Below are positions 24,316-50,483 of a stretch of 64,000 nt of DNA, piece by piece. A program made the translations under genes and the position numbers. The stretch spans positions 23,588,934-23,652,933 of the forward strand of contig CM120645.1 in assembly GCA_051362555.1 (NCBI GenBank), read 5' to 3'. The DNA comes from Lingula anatina (Eukaryota > Animalia > Brachiopoda). The notes under the pieces are model-generated. The model was not told the DNA's origin and searched no databases. It saw only the letters and a program-made list of their open reading frames with translations. Position 1 is the first letter of the stretch, and the number at the start of each line of letters is the position of its first letter.

Positions 24316-25882
24316 AGGTCAAAGGTCAATTTCAAGGTCACAGTAAATTGCCAGTATATGACTTCCTATCCAACTTCAATAGTAACTATGGACCTATCTC
24401 TGCCAGTTTTGGAGATAAAAGGGAAGCAAAATTTGCAAAGTTCAGTTCATGGTGAAAAGTAGGTCAAAGGTCAATTTCAAGGTCACAGTAAGATTGCCAG
24501 TATATGACTTCCTATTCAACTTCAATAGTAACTATGGACCTATCTCTGCCAGTTTTGGAGATAAAAGGGAAGCAAAATTTGCAAAGTTCAGTTCATGGTG
24601 AAAAGTAGGTCAAAGGTCAATTTCAAGGTCACATTTAGATTGCCAGTATATGACTTCCTATTCAACTTCAATAGTAACTATGGACCTATCTCTGCCAGTT
24701 TTGGAGATAAAAGGGAAGCAAAATTTGCAAAGTTCAGTTCATGGTGAAAAGAAGGTCAAAGGTCAATTTCAAGGTCACAGTAAAATTGCCAGTATATGAC
24801 TTCCTATGCAAGTTCAATAGTAACTATGGACCTATCTCTGCCAGTTTTGGAGATAAAAGGGAAGCAAATTTTGCAAAGTTCAGTTCAAGGTGAAAAGTAG
24901 GTCAAAGGTCAATTTCAAGGTCACAGTAAAATTGCCAGTATATGACTTCCTATTCAAGTTCAATAGTAACTATGGACCTATCTCTGCCAGTTTTGGAGAT
25001 AAAAGGGAAGCAAAATTTGCAAAGTTCAGTTCATGGTGATAAGTAGGTCAAAGGTCAATTTCAAGGTCACAGTAAGATTGCCAGTATATGACTTCCTATT
25101 CAACTTCAATAGTAACTATGGACCTATCTCTGCCAGTTTTGGAGATAAAAGGGAAGCAAAATTTGCAAAGTTCAGTTCATGGTGAAAAGTAGGTCAAAGG
25201 TCAATTTCAAGGTCACATTTAGATTGCCAGTATATGACTTCCTATTCAACTTCAATAGTAACTATGGACCTATCTCTGCCAGTTTTGGAGATAAAAGGGA
25301 AGCAAAATTTGCAAAGTTCAGTTCATGGTGAAAAGAAGGTCAAAGGTCAATTTCAAGGTCACAGTAAAATTGCCAGTATATGACTTCCTATGCAAGTTCA
25401 ATAGTAACTATGGACCTATCTCTGCCAGTTTTGGAGATAAAAGGGAAGCAAATTTTGCAAAGTTCAGTTCAAGGTGAAAAGTAGGTCAAAGGTCAATTTC
25501 AAGGTCACAGTAAAATTGCCAGTATATGACTTCCTATTCAAGTTCAATAGTAACTATGGACCTATCTCTGCCAGTTTTGGAGATAAAAGGGAAGCAAAAT
25601 TTGCAAAGTTCAGTTCATGGTGATAAGTAGGTCAAAGGTCAATTTCAAGGTCACAGTAAGATTGCCAGTATATGACTTCCTATTCAACTTCAATAGTAAC
25701 TATGGACCTATCTCTGCCAGTTTTGGAGATAAAAGGGAAGCAAAATTTGCAAAGTTCAGTTCATGGTGAAAAGTAGGTCAAAGGTCAATGTCAAGGTCAC
25801 AGTAAGATTGCCAGTATATGACTTCCTATTCAACTTCAATAGTAACTATGGACCTATCTCTGCCAGTTTTGGAGATATAAGG
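24316..25882 (+). repeat. 146-bp tandem satellite, about 10.7 near-identical copies
   Basis: AGGTCAAAGGTCA recurs at 24316, 24461, 24607, 24753, 24899, 25045, 25191, 25337, 25483, 25629 and 25775. Confidence 0.97.
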
Positions 25883-26129
25883 GACTAAATGTTATAATTT
25901 TGGAGTTACCATAATGTGCCATAAATTTCCTACAGAAAAAATTAATTAAAATAAAGAAAAGGTCATTTTGGTCAAAGTTCTTGAAATGGGAGGTTCTCTG
26001 AAGTTGCAGAAGTTTAAATTTGATAAAATAATGTCATTTTTGACCACAAGTTGTCTGCTTTGCCAAGCATTATGTTTTATTTTTCCGGAGTTCAAAATTT
26101 ATTATCCATTACCGTACTGCACATTTTTA

Positions 26130-26417
26130 CGGAAGCCGACTGGTGCCATATGTTGAAAAAAAAAATTATCTCGAAATTTCGAGATAGCATTTTTTTTGTT
26201 CAAATTTCAAAATACTATCTCGAAATTTCGAGATAAATTTTTTTGCTCAAATATCAAAATGCTATCTCGAAATTTCGAGATAATTTTTTTTTTGTTCAAA
26301 TTTCAAAATGCTATCTCGAAATTTCGAGATAAAAATTTTTTTTGTTCAAATTTCAAAATAGTATCTCGAAATTTCGAGATAATTTTTTTTTCTACATATG
26401 GCACCAGTCGGCTTCCG
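26130..26417. mobile_element. Nested MITE with 24-bp perfect TIRs, TA flanks and five internal 20-bp palindromes
   Basis: ta|CGGAAGCCGACTGGTGCCATATGT ... ACATATGGCACCAGTCGGCTTCCG|ta. TATCTCGAAATTTCGAGATA occurs at 26167, 26216, 26263, 26312 and 26362. Confidence 0.85.
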
Positions 26418-27977
26418 TACATTTTCCTTTCACCACCAATATGTACTTTCTGATACAGCGTAACTCGAAAACCGTATGGAATACAAAAAAACTGAGACCA
26501 CCTCCAGTGTTGGGCTTTACATGCTCTACAAAATGCAAAAAAGAATGGGTCTCTAGCATTAACGGTTCCCGAATTAGAGACAGTTTTCAGTTTCGGTATC
26601 TTATGGCCGCTACTCCTGTGAAAATGCACCGATTGACCCCAAATTCACGGAGATGAAAGATGACCTGAAGGGTAACACTTTCCAATAATATTATTGGTTA
26701 AGTCTGTGTGGCGTCTGAATAACAGGGCAAAAAAATTTTTTTTCGTAAAAAATTTCATTTTTTTGAAAATTTTGACCCATTTGACCTTGAAGTAAAGGTC
26801 AAAGGTCAAATCCGAGGGTATATTTGAAATCTACACATATGACTTTTGGAAAGCCGTCTATAGAAATTTTTCCCGTAACTCCTTCTGTAGGGTAGATAAT
26901 TAGCATTTAATTTTGCCATTTTTAGACAAGGGTGCATTGCAATGAGTGCCACACCCAGACCCCAATACCGACAAAGCCCAAATTTTACGTGGAACGAGTT
27001 GAGATTATAGGTGACCTAAATCCATGAGATGGGTACGGGGGCCCTTACCGTCTAGGAGGAGAAGCGGTAACGGTAACATGGCGGCGGAGCCGGCGGAACG
27101 GACCGGACGGGACCGAAACCATGTGTACCGCCAGCGCTAACGCTGGTGGTAAATTTTTTTGTTCAAATTTCAAAATAGTATCTCGAAATTTCGAGATAAT
27201 TTTTTTTTTTACATATGGCACCAGTGGGCTTCCGTACATTTTCCTTTCACCACCAATATGTACTTTTTGATACAGCGTAACTCGAAAACCGTATGGAATA
27301 CAAAAAAACCGAGACCACCTCCAGTGTTGGGCTTTACATGCTCTACAAAATGCAAAAAAGAATGGGTCTCTAGCATTAACGGTTCCCGAATTAGAGACAG
27401 TTTTCAGTTTTGGTATCTTATGGCCGCTACTCCTGTGAAAATGCACCGATTGACCCCAAATTCACGGAGATGAAAGATGACCTGAAGGGTAACACTTTCC
27501 AATAATATTATTGGTTAAGTCTGTGTGGTGTCTGAATAACAGGGCAAAAAATTTTTTTTTCGTAAAAAATTTCATTTTTTTGAAAATTTTGGCCCATTTG
27601 ACCTTGAAGTAAAGGTCAAAGGTCAAATCCGAGGGTATATTTGAAATCTACACATATGACTTTTGGAAAGCCGTCTGTAGAAAATTTTCCCGTAACTCCT
27701 TCCGTAGGGTAGATAATTAGCATTTAATTTTGCCATTTTTGGACAAGGGTGCATTGCAATGAGTGCCACACCCAGACCCCAATACCGACAAAGCCCAAAT
27801 TTTACGTGGAACGAGTTGAGATTATAGGTGACCTAAATCCATGAGATGGGTATGGGGGGCCTTACCGTCTAGGAGGAGAAGCGGTAACGGTAGCCGTCCG
27901 GCGGAGCCGGCGGAGCCGGCGGAACGATCCGGACGAGACCGAAACCATGTGTACCGCCAGCGCTAACGCTGGTGGTA
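26334..27977 (+). repeat. Tandem duplication of an ~817-bp unit (3' part of the Helentron-like element)
   Basis: 26334-27150 is near-identical to 27151-27977. The paired spurious ORFs at 26342 and 27159 are offset by 817. Confidence 0.95.
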
Positions 27978-30900
27978 CAATTAAAATGTCACACAAAAAG
28001 AAATGCCAAGATGCTGCTGCCAAGGCAACTTGTGAAGTTCATCAACAAAAACTGGGTTCTGAAACGAGTCATGAAGTTCAGCCCATAGTGATGACTCAAA
28101 ACTTATGGGAGTACTATGAGGCAGTCCTTCGCTATTATATATTCTGGCATAAATGCAGTTTTCCGATGCAGTGCTGGGCTCAGTAACTCGAAAGCAATGC
28201 AAATTGTGACCGAGCACAAGCGTCCCTATTCTATAACTCGGGGATTTACTGGCCCCATATAATAGCCTCAAAATGAAAGGCAATATCGCTATCACAATTC
28301 GCGATGGTTTTGAGTTACGGAGCCCTGGTCTATATGTAAAATGCTGACCACTATAGTTCTTTATGTGCATTTGTTTCAATCTACAACTCTAGATGGGTTG
28401 CACAGAAGAGCCTTAACAAGGTCCCTGGCATTGTTGACTAGGATACCCATAAGAATGCTGTAACACTGTTCCTGATAGGGTAAGATGTGTGCATGTGACC
28501 ATGTAACCTTGGTAACAAAGATGATAACCACTGGAACTGACTTGAGATGTGTGCGCACGCGCGCATGTATGCGTGTGTGTGAGACCAGAAAAATTTGCTT
28601 TAACCTTAAGACCCCAAATTTGTTCTGCTTCTATTCAATATACATTTAAAAGTAAATATAAGTCAAGAGATATGTCATGTCTCTCATGCTATAAGATGAC
28701 AGAAATACTCCATTTAATTACAGCACTGCTGACTTTATTATTTGGTCTTGGAGTTTAGACCAATTTGTGTATAGTTCTTACATGCATCAAGTGATTACTA
28801 AGAAATTGAACTGTCACTGTTGCTAACATTTTCTAACAGTCAAAATTTACAAAATATGACAGAACTTACTTTCTCATTAAATACATAGAGTATATGCACC
28901 AAAACAATTTGGGAATATTACCAGAATTACTTTGGTTTTTATAAAATTTAAGTTTCTAAGAGAATTCTAAGAAAAAAAATCTCAAATCTCTGAGTGGATT
29001 TTCTGGTGGGTGCAGCAGCACGACGTATCTAATAAACAAGACAAAATTGAGCTAAAAGTACACCACTATTTATGTTCACAAGAATAAAATGTTCCCAACC
29101 TTAAACTTTCAAATAAAACTAACCTTAGGCTAGCAATTAAACAATATGCTTTTATCACTCAAATCTGTACAAGACAATTTGTTACAAACCCCACTTTTAC
29201 TACAGAATTATTTTTTTAGAGACTTGTCCTCTTTAGTTTCTCCCATGAAACGAGTGTAATGTTTCATTTAAGGGAATAGTTACTGTTTTATCATTTGTCA
29301 AAATTGACTAGCAGTGTTGGTCTAAAAGATATCATCTTTCAGTATTAGTTGACCTGTGAGATAAGCAGTCCTCAAATCTCTGAAACTTGTTCGTCCACAC
29401 TGCTATAAAAGTTTTACATGTGCCCACTGCAGGGACAGGCATGTTTTTCAGAGTTCTGGTCCATGCTTCAAAAAAGAAAAAGAACCCAAAAATTGGACTT
29501 AACTTGAAGGAAAGTACATCAATTTCAGTTCACTTTGATCCAGAATCCACTTATTATAACATAAAACAACTTCCATCTAGACTTGAAGCAATTTCTGTCG
29601 TATTTTAAATAGGTTCTGTTCTAGCAGAGAAGAGGGGCAGTGCAGCAATATTATAATAACATACTCCGGTATGAATGACAGTACGCATTTCTTCATCAGC
29701 CTGGAAGGTTGGGCAATGGTACAAAAATAGGTGTTTACAACTTGATAAGTGTGACTAGTACGTGTGAATAGGACAGGAAAATCACAGGCTCCTCTTCAAT
29801 ATATACATGTCAATGGAGCAGCAGTCCAGGAGATTTATATATAATAATTATAATAGTAGTAGAAGTATAATATTATTAATAAATATGTACAAAATTCAAG
29901 AAATACATGCAGATAAAATCCAGTATACATAGTCAATGTAGTTATACTTTCAACATAGTTGACAACAAAGTGGTGCAATTCCAATGTCTGCTGTCTCTAA
30001 CTGAAATGACAGAGCTCAGAATTGCTACGCTGATAAAATTGAGATAAAAATGTCCTGATCAGAAAATGTATGATTTTTAAATGGTAAAACTAGGTTCCTC
30101 TTTTGCACATAAAACTACAGCTCTACAGTGAGATGAGCCACCTGAATTCTTGAATAATGTCACTCCTACATTGTCCCATCTAACAATCTCTAGAATTCTT
30201 CTAAACCCTTAACACATTTTTTTTTCAAATCTACTAATCAATTATGTTAGAGTAAACTGTCCCGATGGCTCATAGTTCAATACATTCTGAAGTCCCTTCA
30301 AATTAAAACATTTCTTGATCAAATGTAAGTTCAAATCCTCCTAAGTCACCTCATGCTAAGTTTTATCTTGGTGGTGACAAGTCAAGGTCACAACTAGGAT
30401 GGTGTAGTGCTCTGTCTGCTTATTTGTAAATAAAATGGGAAAGAGGAAATAACAATAATGGTCTGCAAATTGACAAATGAAGTTATGTGTAACTGAAAAC
30501 CACAAGACTAAGTACTATTTGAAGATGGGAATAAACCATTAAATATTACAAATTGAGAAATATTGTATGTCTTGACTAAACGATGTGAGGGTAAACAGCA
30601 AGAAGTGGCTTAGTGGTGAAATGAAAACAAAATTACATAATAGGAGAATTTCTACTGAAAAATTCACAAATGTCCCTTAAGTAGTAACATACGTAATATT
30701 CACAATTCAGAATGAGAAAACTAAACAAAAAAAAAAAAAATTAAGTACAACATCCACTGTTGGTACATCACCTTTGTTCTGGAGACATCATAAAACAAGG
30801 AACACTTGCAGTGAAGTTGACACTTAAAATATAGAATACTGTACAAAAAAAGGGTCAGGAAATTGCTACAAACACAGAACACAGATCTCTGAATCATTTG

Positions 30901-32844
30901 TATCAAATGATTTCCAGACTTTTCCTTTAACGGAATCTGATCTACAAGGACAATGTCACTCGGTTTTTCATTTGTGCCCAGGGCTCAACAAGCTTTTAAA
31001 AAAATCTCTACAGTTTTTGATCAAATCTTTGAAAAAAATCTCTAGCAGTTTTTAATCAGTAATTCCACAAAGCTGATAACAAAAAATGATATATATGTAC
31101 TTGACAAGTGTCAAAAAGCTTCCTGACAGTGGAATGTTAGGGTTTGTCAACAGATACAACATGATATTTTAACATCAGTCCTTGCTGTGTCCATCTCTTA
31201 CATATACACCGCCACACAAATGACTGCTGCATCAGACAGACAGATTAAAAAGGATCAATGATAATAATAATTATTATATTAATATACTAGGTAAAAGCAA
31301 GGTATAATGAAAACTCCACTACAAGCAGGGATAAAATCCACCCTCATCTTAAAAGTAACTGACTTAGTCTTAACACATTTCATTTCATAGTAGTATTCAT
31401 AACAAATGGCAAGACAACTGAAATTGCAACTGAAGAAATAGCAACTTTTTTGTCAGTCAAAACGCTTTGGATTTTGTTGATTGGAAGATAAGCTGGAACT
31501 TTGCTGAACCTTAAATTAAGTACTAACCATATTCAAGCCTATTAAAAAAGACACAAGTCTGAGATCCAAGGTCTCATACAGAACTGTTTTTCACTTATGC
31601 TGTTTTAAGACATACTCCAGGAAGAAGATTGTTTGTTTGCAATTATTTGTCTGGAGCAAAGCATGGAATATGTGTATGAAAACAACTGTCAGGAATGAGA
31701 CTGCCATTTGGTGAAAAAATCAGAAAATATGCTGTGGGGTCCGCCTAGATATTTTTGGCTCCCAAAAATTCGGAAAGGGGCTTGGAAAATCTGCATCCCT
31801 GAATTCTGGGTTATAAAAAAAAAAGTAAGAAAAAATGGTTTGGTGACTTTTCCAGGAAACTTCCAGAAACATCAGATTTTTTGTTTAAAAAAAGTGAGTA
31901 TGTAATTCTGCAATTTACCCAATCCAAGTGCATACTTATTAATTCAGGGATTTTGTCAGAGGTGCTTGCAATCAAAAGATCTACTTCCTGGGGTTAGCTT
32001 TAAAACACTTTTAGTTCACCAGATCAGGACGCAGTATAATTCTACTGTTGAGTATGTCTCACAAAGATATGAATTAAAACTTACAAAAATTAAAAGAAAA
32101 ACTGACTTATAACTGTTATATGTACATCAATGTCATTTTCAATGCCTTTAAAATGCAGACAACAGCATACTTTAACAAAGCTGTTTTTTTTTTAGCTGAT
32201 AGACAGATCAAGAACTGAGAAGTAGCAGTATCTGTAAGTAAATCTCATTATATTCAGAATGGTATTAAAAGAAATTAGAAGTATTATTATTTATTAATTA
32301 AAAACTTCAGAGCTTTTATAGGTGTCTGTACTAATATCATAATTCCTACAGATACAATCTTTTACACACGCAGCCATCACTCCTGTATAAAAAGGTCACA
32401 AGTCATACTTCAGTAATTCCAGTATTCAGAACATGTAACCTGCCACAAATCGTTTTAAGATCCCTACCTACCAAACAATCTGACCATAATCTCTCCCAGG
32501 GTCTACCACTACCATTATAATATAGAAACAGCCTGTGAATTTATCAGGCAAACAAAATCAACCTCGTTCTCTATCCACCAATTATTGGTCAAGAGGTCTG
32601 CACGTCATAATCTCTCCATAATCTCCACTGACCAATGTCACGGAAGAATGCAAAAGTTCATTCCATTCCAGACGTACGAGTTTTATGAAATTCACAATAC
32701 ACAATATATAGGTTGGATGTCAAAGAAATGGGGTCTAACTCCTTTTTGTCTTCGATGTCTAGCTGAAGGAGGTCCTAAATGCATCACCCTATCAAACCTG
32801 GGTTACAACAAGGTGGAACAGATCTAGCTGCTCGGTTTCTCTTC

Positions 32845-46340
<13,496 letters not shown>

Positions 46341-46605
46341 CTGAAAACAGAAAAAGAACCTATTGTTACTAACATTGAGTTAGGGTTTATAATGACATTT
46401 AAATTAAATGTCACTTAAAATTTAAGTTCACACAGTGCTGCAATTATATACCTCCTCCAAATCCTTCTATCTGTTCCTACTAAAATTCTAAATCAAGCTG
46501 GAAAAGGTCGTTTCCTTTTTTTTTTCCAGAAAGGTTTCAGAGAAATTTTCAACAGATGGTCTATAATAAGACTTAGTGTCTAAAAGAGGGAGGCAAGGAA
46601 AGAGC

Positions 46606-46809
46606 CAGGTACAAGATACAGGCAAGTTCAGTTTGGATAACTCACTGACACTGACATAGTAGTAATAGCAGCAGGTACAAGATACAGGCAAGTTCAGTTT
46701 GGAGAGCTCACTGACACTGACATAGTAGTAATTGCAGCAGGGACAAGATACAACCAAGCTCAGTCTGGATAGCTCACTGACACTGATACAGTGGTAATTG
46801 CAGCAGGTA
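46606..46809. repeat. Minisatellite, 66-bp unit x 3
   Basis: CAGG(T/G)A at 46606, 46672, 46738 and 46804; shared CTCACTGACACTGA core. Confidence 0.9.
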
Positions 46810-48506
46810 TACAGGTATGCACCTTCCCACTTCTGACTGTCTACCTGAGTAATTGCTGACATTTCACAAATATTGCAAAGAATAACTACAGTTACTGTGT
46901 GGGAGAATCAAATCCCTGTTTCTCTAAAGCATTACATTCCAGCATTCTGCACGGGAAGAATTAAAAGTTTCCTAGCATTTCTTCTCCAACTTAGCTCATT
47001 TATCTATCTCAAAAACCCACACTTTTTATAAAATTTCATACGGAGACTATGAAGCAATCTTCCAATGTGTACAGAGGCCAGTTTTATTAAAGTAATTAGC
47101 CTTTTATTTTAACTTAGTGCCAAAACTTGAGCCTACTTTAGATTCCAGACAAATCACACAGACTCTATAAAATGTACCACCATTCCTGCACAACAAGAGG
47201 AAACAAATGGCTGACAATTTACACTAACATTTACCTTACAATATTCAACCACTACCGATTAATCCTGAATTCAAAGAGAGCAAAGTGTTTTGTCTTAGAA
47301 GTAAAAATAGACAACTGTCCAATATGCCCTTCTGCACATCCCATGATCCCATATTGGCAAAGTCATCTTTCTGTTCATCCTTTACAAAGATACCTCTTAC
47401 TCTATCAAACAATCTCTACTGCATGAAGACTTATATACCCTGTCAAAGTATGCTTTTTTCCAAAACAAAATATTAAAAGCACAGTTTTGTGTTTTCTACA
47501 AAGCGGCAAATCAGTATGATGGATTCACCTGCTGTGGCCATGATTGAAAAGCCTTTTTCCTACAAAGTAGAATCAATAAATTCTCAAAGGTACCCAGGGC
47601 TAGCGTTGAAAACATACAGCTTCACACACATGGAACTTCAGTCTCCAGAGAAAACATTCCACCAGATGAGGACGCATAAAAAGGCCTACATGAACATTCA
47701 ACAGACTTTTCATCACTGACAATCATAGCCTTCAAGAACATATATATACCAGTCCTCTGCTTTCTCACTGCACCAGTCAATCTCCATTCTGTCCACACTC
47801 AATGTGTGTTCAGAATACTGAGAACAGTTGGCCAAACTTGGTTCCCTAACCATGATTTTAAGACAACAAGACAATATTTTTCTTTAGCCAAATAACTGAG
47901 AAAAAATAACATGAGTTTTAAAAGAAAATAACCTTCCAAAATGAGTCCAGTACCAAATTGATAGTAAAAGCAAGAAGGAATATTGAGGAATAATAAAAGG
48001 AGTTTAAAAATGTCTAGAACCACATGTGTCAAACATCAACATGGTAAACCATAGCACATGCTTCAAGAAACCCAAAGAACAGTTAAAACAAATTCTAAAC
48101 CAGTCCAGAACCACATTAGCATGGATCCCATGTGAACTGGCCTTCAGATCTGCTTAGTGTGCTGCATACTATACAACAATGGGCAATGTAGCAGCAGGAC
48201 CAACTGGTAGAGACTGATGTAAACCATCTGTAGCCTCTATAATAGTACCCCCTGGTCTTCACTGGATAGCCTCCCTTACACTGAGGCATGTTTACACTGG
48301 AACAAACGACTCAGGTCACATGCTAACTCAGGTCGCAAGTCCCCTTGGGGAAGATGTCATAAGAGGATGTTGTAGTAAATAGCAAGAAAAGAAGTTTACT
48401 CCAGCAAAAAATTACAATTTCCTTAATATTGTAATGGTACCTTACAAGATTCTCTACAAGGACTCCACAAGATATCCGCCCTTTTTCTTGTATCTTGTAT
48501 TGGCTT

Positions 48507-48712
48507 GGTGGGTGGGTGGACGGGTGGTTGACGAAGTGACAGACAGGTGGCTGGACAGGGGGGGAGGGGGGGCAGTGGCTAGGTGGGTGGCTTAGTGATA
48601 GGCAGGTGGGTGGACAGGCAGGTGGCTAAATGTGTGGACAGGGGGTGGCTAGGTGGGTGGACAAGCGGGTGGCTAGGTAGGTGGACAAGGGAGGTGATGG
48701 CTAGGTGGGTGT
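48507..48712. repeat. Degenerate G-rich simple repeat (GGTGG/ACAGG/CTAGG)
   Basis: Repeated GGTGGCTAGGTGGGTGGACA-like units. Confidence 0.75.
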
Positions 48713-49093
48713 GTGAAGAATTGAGTGTAATCATTTTTAAAGTACAAATGAATAATAAACAGATTGTTATTCGTATATTTTTTGGGTCTAGTTTTACAAA
48801 AGACTTAGCCAGCCAAAAATTGGTTAAATGTCTTAGTCTGCTTTAGCTCAAAATAAATGATCAGTCATTTACTTAAATTAAGTATTGACCTAAAACATAA
48901 GCCAAGTCTGTTTTTTGTTATAAAACATATGCAATCATATGTTTCTGGCTAAATGTACTACTACTACAGATTTAACATGAGTCAAAGGAGACTTGAAGTA
49001 TAGATCGGCTTCTTCTGGGTTAAGTCCTATGCAAGAGTTAGTTTTTCTAGTGTGTACACAGGTATTGTGCCTTCACTGAAAAAACACACCATT

Positions 49094-49261
49094 CAGGGGC
49101 GGATCCAGAGATATTTTCTGACAGTCTTCCAAATTATTTTTGTTAATCCATCCTCCATTTTTGACCCTCTTCCGACAGAAAATATTAGATACCCGTCAAT
49201 GTAAACTTTAAAATCTGACCGTCTTCCGGAAGACCCAGAAGACGGCCTAAATCCGCCCCTG
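49094..49261 (+). mobile_element. hAT-like MITE family A, copy 4 (best preserved)
   Basis: Perfect TIR CAGGGGCGGAT...ATCCGCCCCTG; 5-bp TSD ccatt/ccatt. Confidence 0.9.
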
Positions 49262-49930
49262 CCATTCAAGAGGCAATACGACTGTGACATCCCATTTCCA
49301 GGACACATGCTGTTAAATACAGAATGATCAGGAATATGTCTGATACTTTAAAGGTGATCCCTTCTGGAAACCGTAATAAGCTTAAGATGTGGCACACAGT
49401 ACGTCAGGGTTCAAGAGAAACCTAGAAGAAGACATATGACTGGAGATATCCTTTGTAATGTGGTTCTTGATACCCAGGTATATTTGTTTTTATTAGTTTT
49501 TATAAGTTTACACTGTTTGCTACGTAACAAGTAGCAGAGCACATTTTGTTTATATATATACCTGAAGTATTTCCAACATAAGACCAACACAGGTAAAAAT
49601 CCAGGTAAGGGGATCCTTTTACAGCTGTCACCTGATCTGACCAATAAATAATCCTCTTCCATGGAGAGACTGGTTTCTTTTTCTAACAGAGCCAATTAAA
49701 TTCACTTGATAACAAAATACATCAGCAACTGATAGCTTACCAATGCTAAATCACTTCAATCAGGTACCTGTTACATAGAATTTCTTTCATCTAAGTCCAT
49801 GGCAAATTTTTTCACATTCTGATTTTGGTCACTGTTTAGTATATTAAATACAGAGATTAAACATAAACATCCTCTTCAAACTCCACTAATGACCAGATCC
49901 TAACGAACCTGTTCTTGGCAACAATATTAG

Positions 49931-50483
49931 TACCCCATTCACACTACAGTTGCAAAAATGCGCATTTCTATAATCCGAATTTTTCGTTAGGAATCCGATT
50001 CGGTATTGCGTTCACACACGCTAAGCGAATCCGAATCCCACGTTGAAAATTTCAGGTTTAACTTCCTGTTTTGAACACTCGCGCATGCGCCGCACAGAAA
50101 ATCTTAAAATACCAACAACAATTTGTGACGACAAATGCAACTCTAAAGACATTCCAGCATTCTTGAGAAGTATAAGATGGCAAAATAAGTTTGTTTCCTC
50201 ATGTTGTAGTGAGTGGCGACCTCCAAATACGTTTGGTGCAATCGCTAAAGTAATAAACAAGCGTTCATAGATACCCGCACTTATCTGCACACATGTGCAG
50301 TTAGATCTGTACAGGTGTCGATTCCGGTAAGTTATCCGGATCGCGCTTAGAAATCCACCTCGCTTGCAGGATTTTGAAAATGCGCATTACAAAAATCCTC
50401 TTGCGTTCACACTACTGCATTTATTCGAATTGTGACCTAATTCGCAATTTATCCGGATAACTGAGCGTAATGTGAACGGGGTA
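49931..50483. mobile_element. Harbinger-like non-autonomous DNA transposon, about 550 bp
   Basis: TIR TACCCCATTCACACTAC / GTAATGTGAACGGGGTA; internal GCGTTCACAC motifs; flanks tag/taa; CpG-rich relative to the host intron. Confidence 0.7.

Larger units (their letters stand above)
24099..27985 (+). mobile_element. Non-autonomous Helentron-associated (HINE/DINE-1-like) element with internal satellite array
   Basis: Starts at AACTAGAG, followed by hairpin GAGGCG-atac-CGCCTC. Subterminal ATTGTACCACCAGC (24135-24148) is the exact reverse complement of GCTGGTGGTACAAT (27968-27981). 3' stem-loop GTACCGCCAGCG-ctaa-CGCTGGTGGTAC is preceded by a (C/A)CGG-type microsatellite. No TSD or coding capacity seen. 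Superfamily is inferred from structure only. Confidence 0.75.

Noticed and set aside
24316-26417. CRISPR-like array (regular repeats, palindromes)
   Set aside because: Whole units repeat and spacers are not unique; no cas genes; eukaryotic context.
26303-27473. Paired 104-133 aa ORFs on both strands
   Set aside because: Products of the 817-bp duplication in a non-coding element; no recognisable domain such as Rep/helicase or transposase.
46488-46862. Cys/Tyr-rich 124-aa ORF
   Set aside because: Explained by the 66-bp x 3 minisatellite; no splice or homology support.
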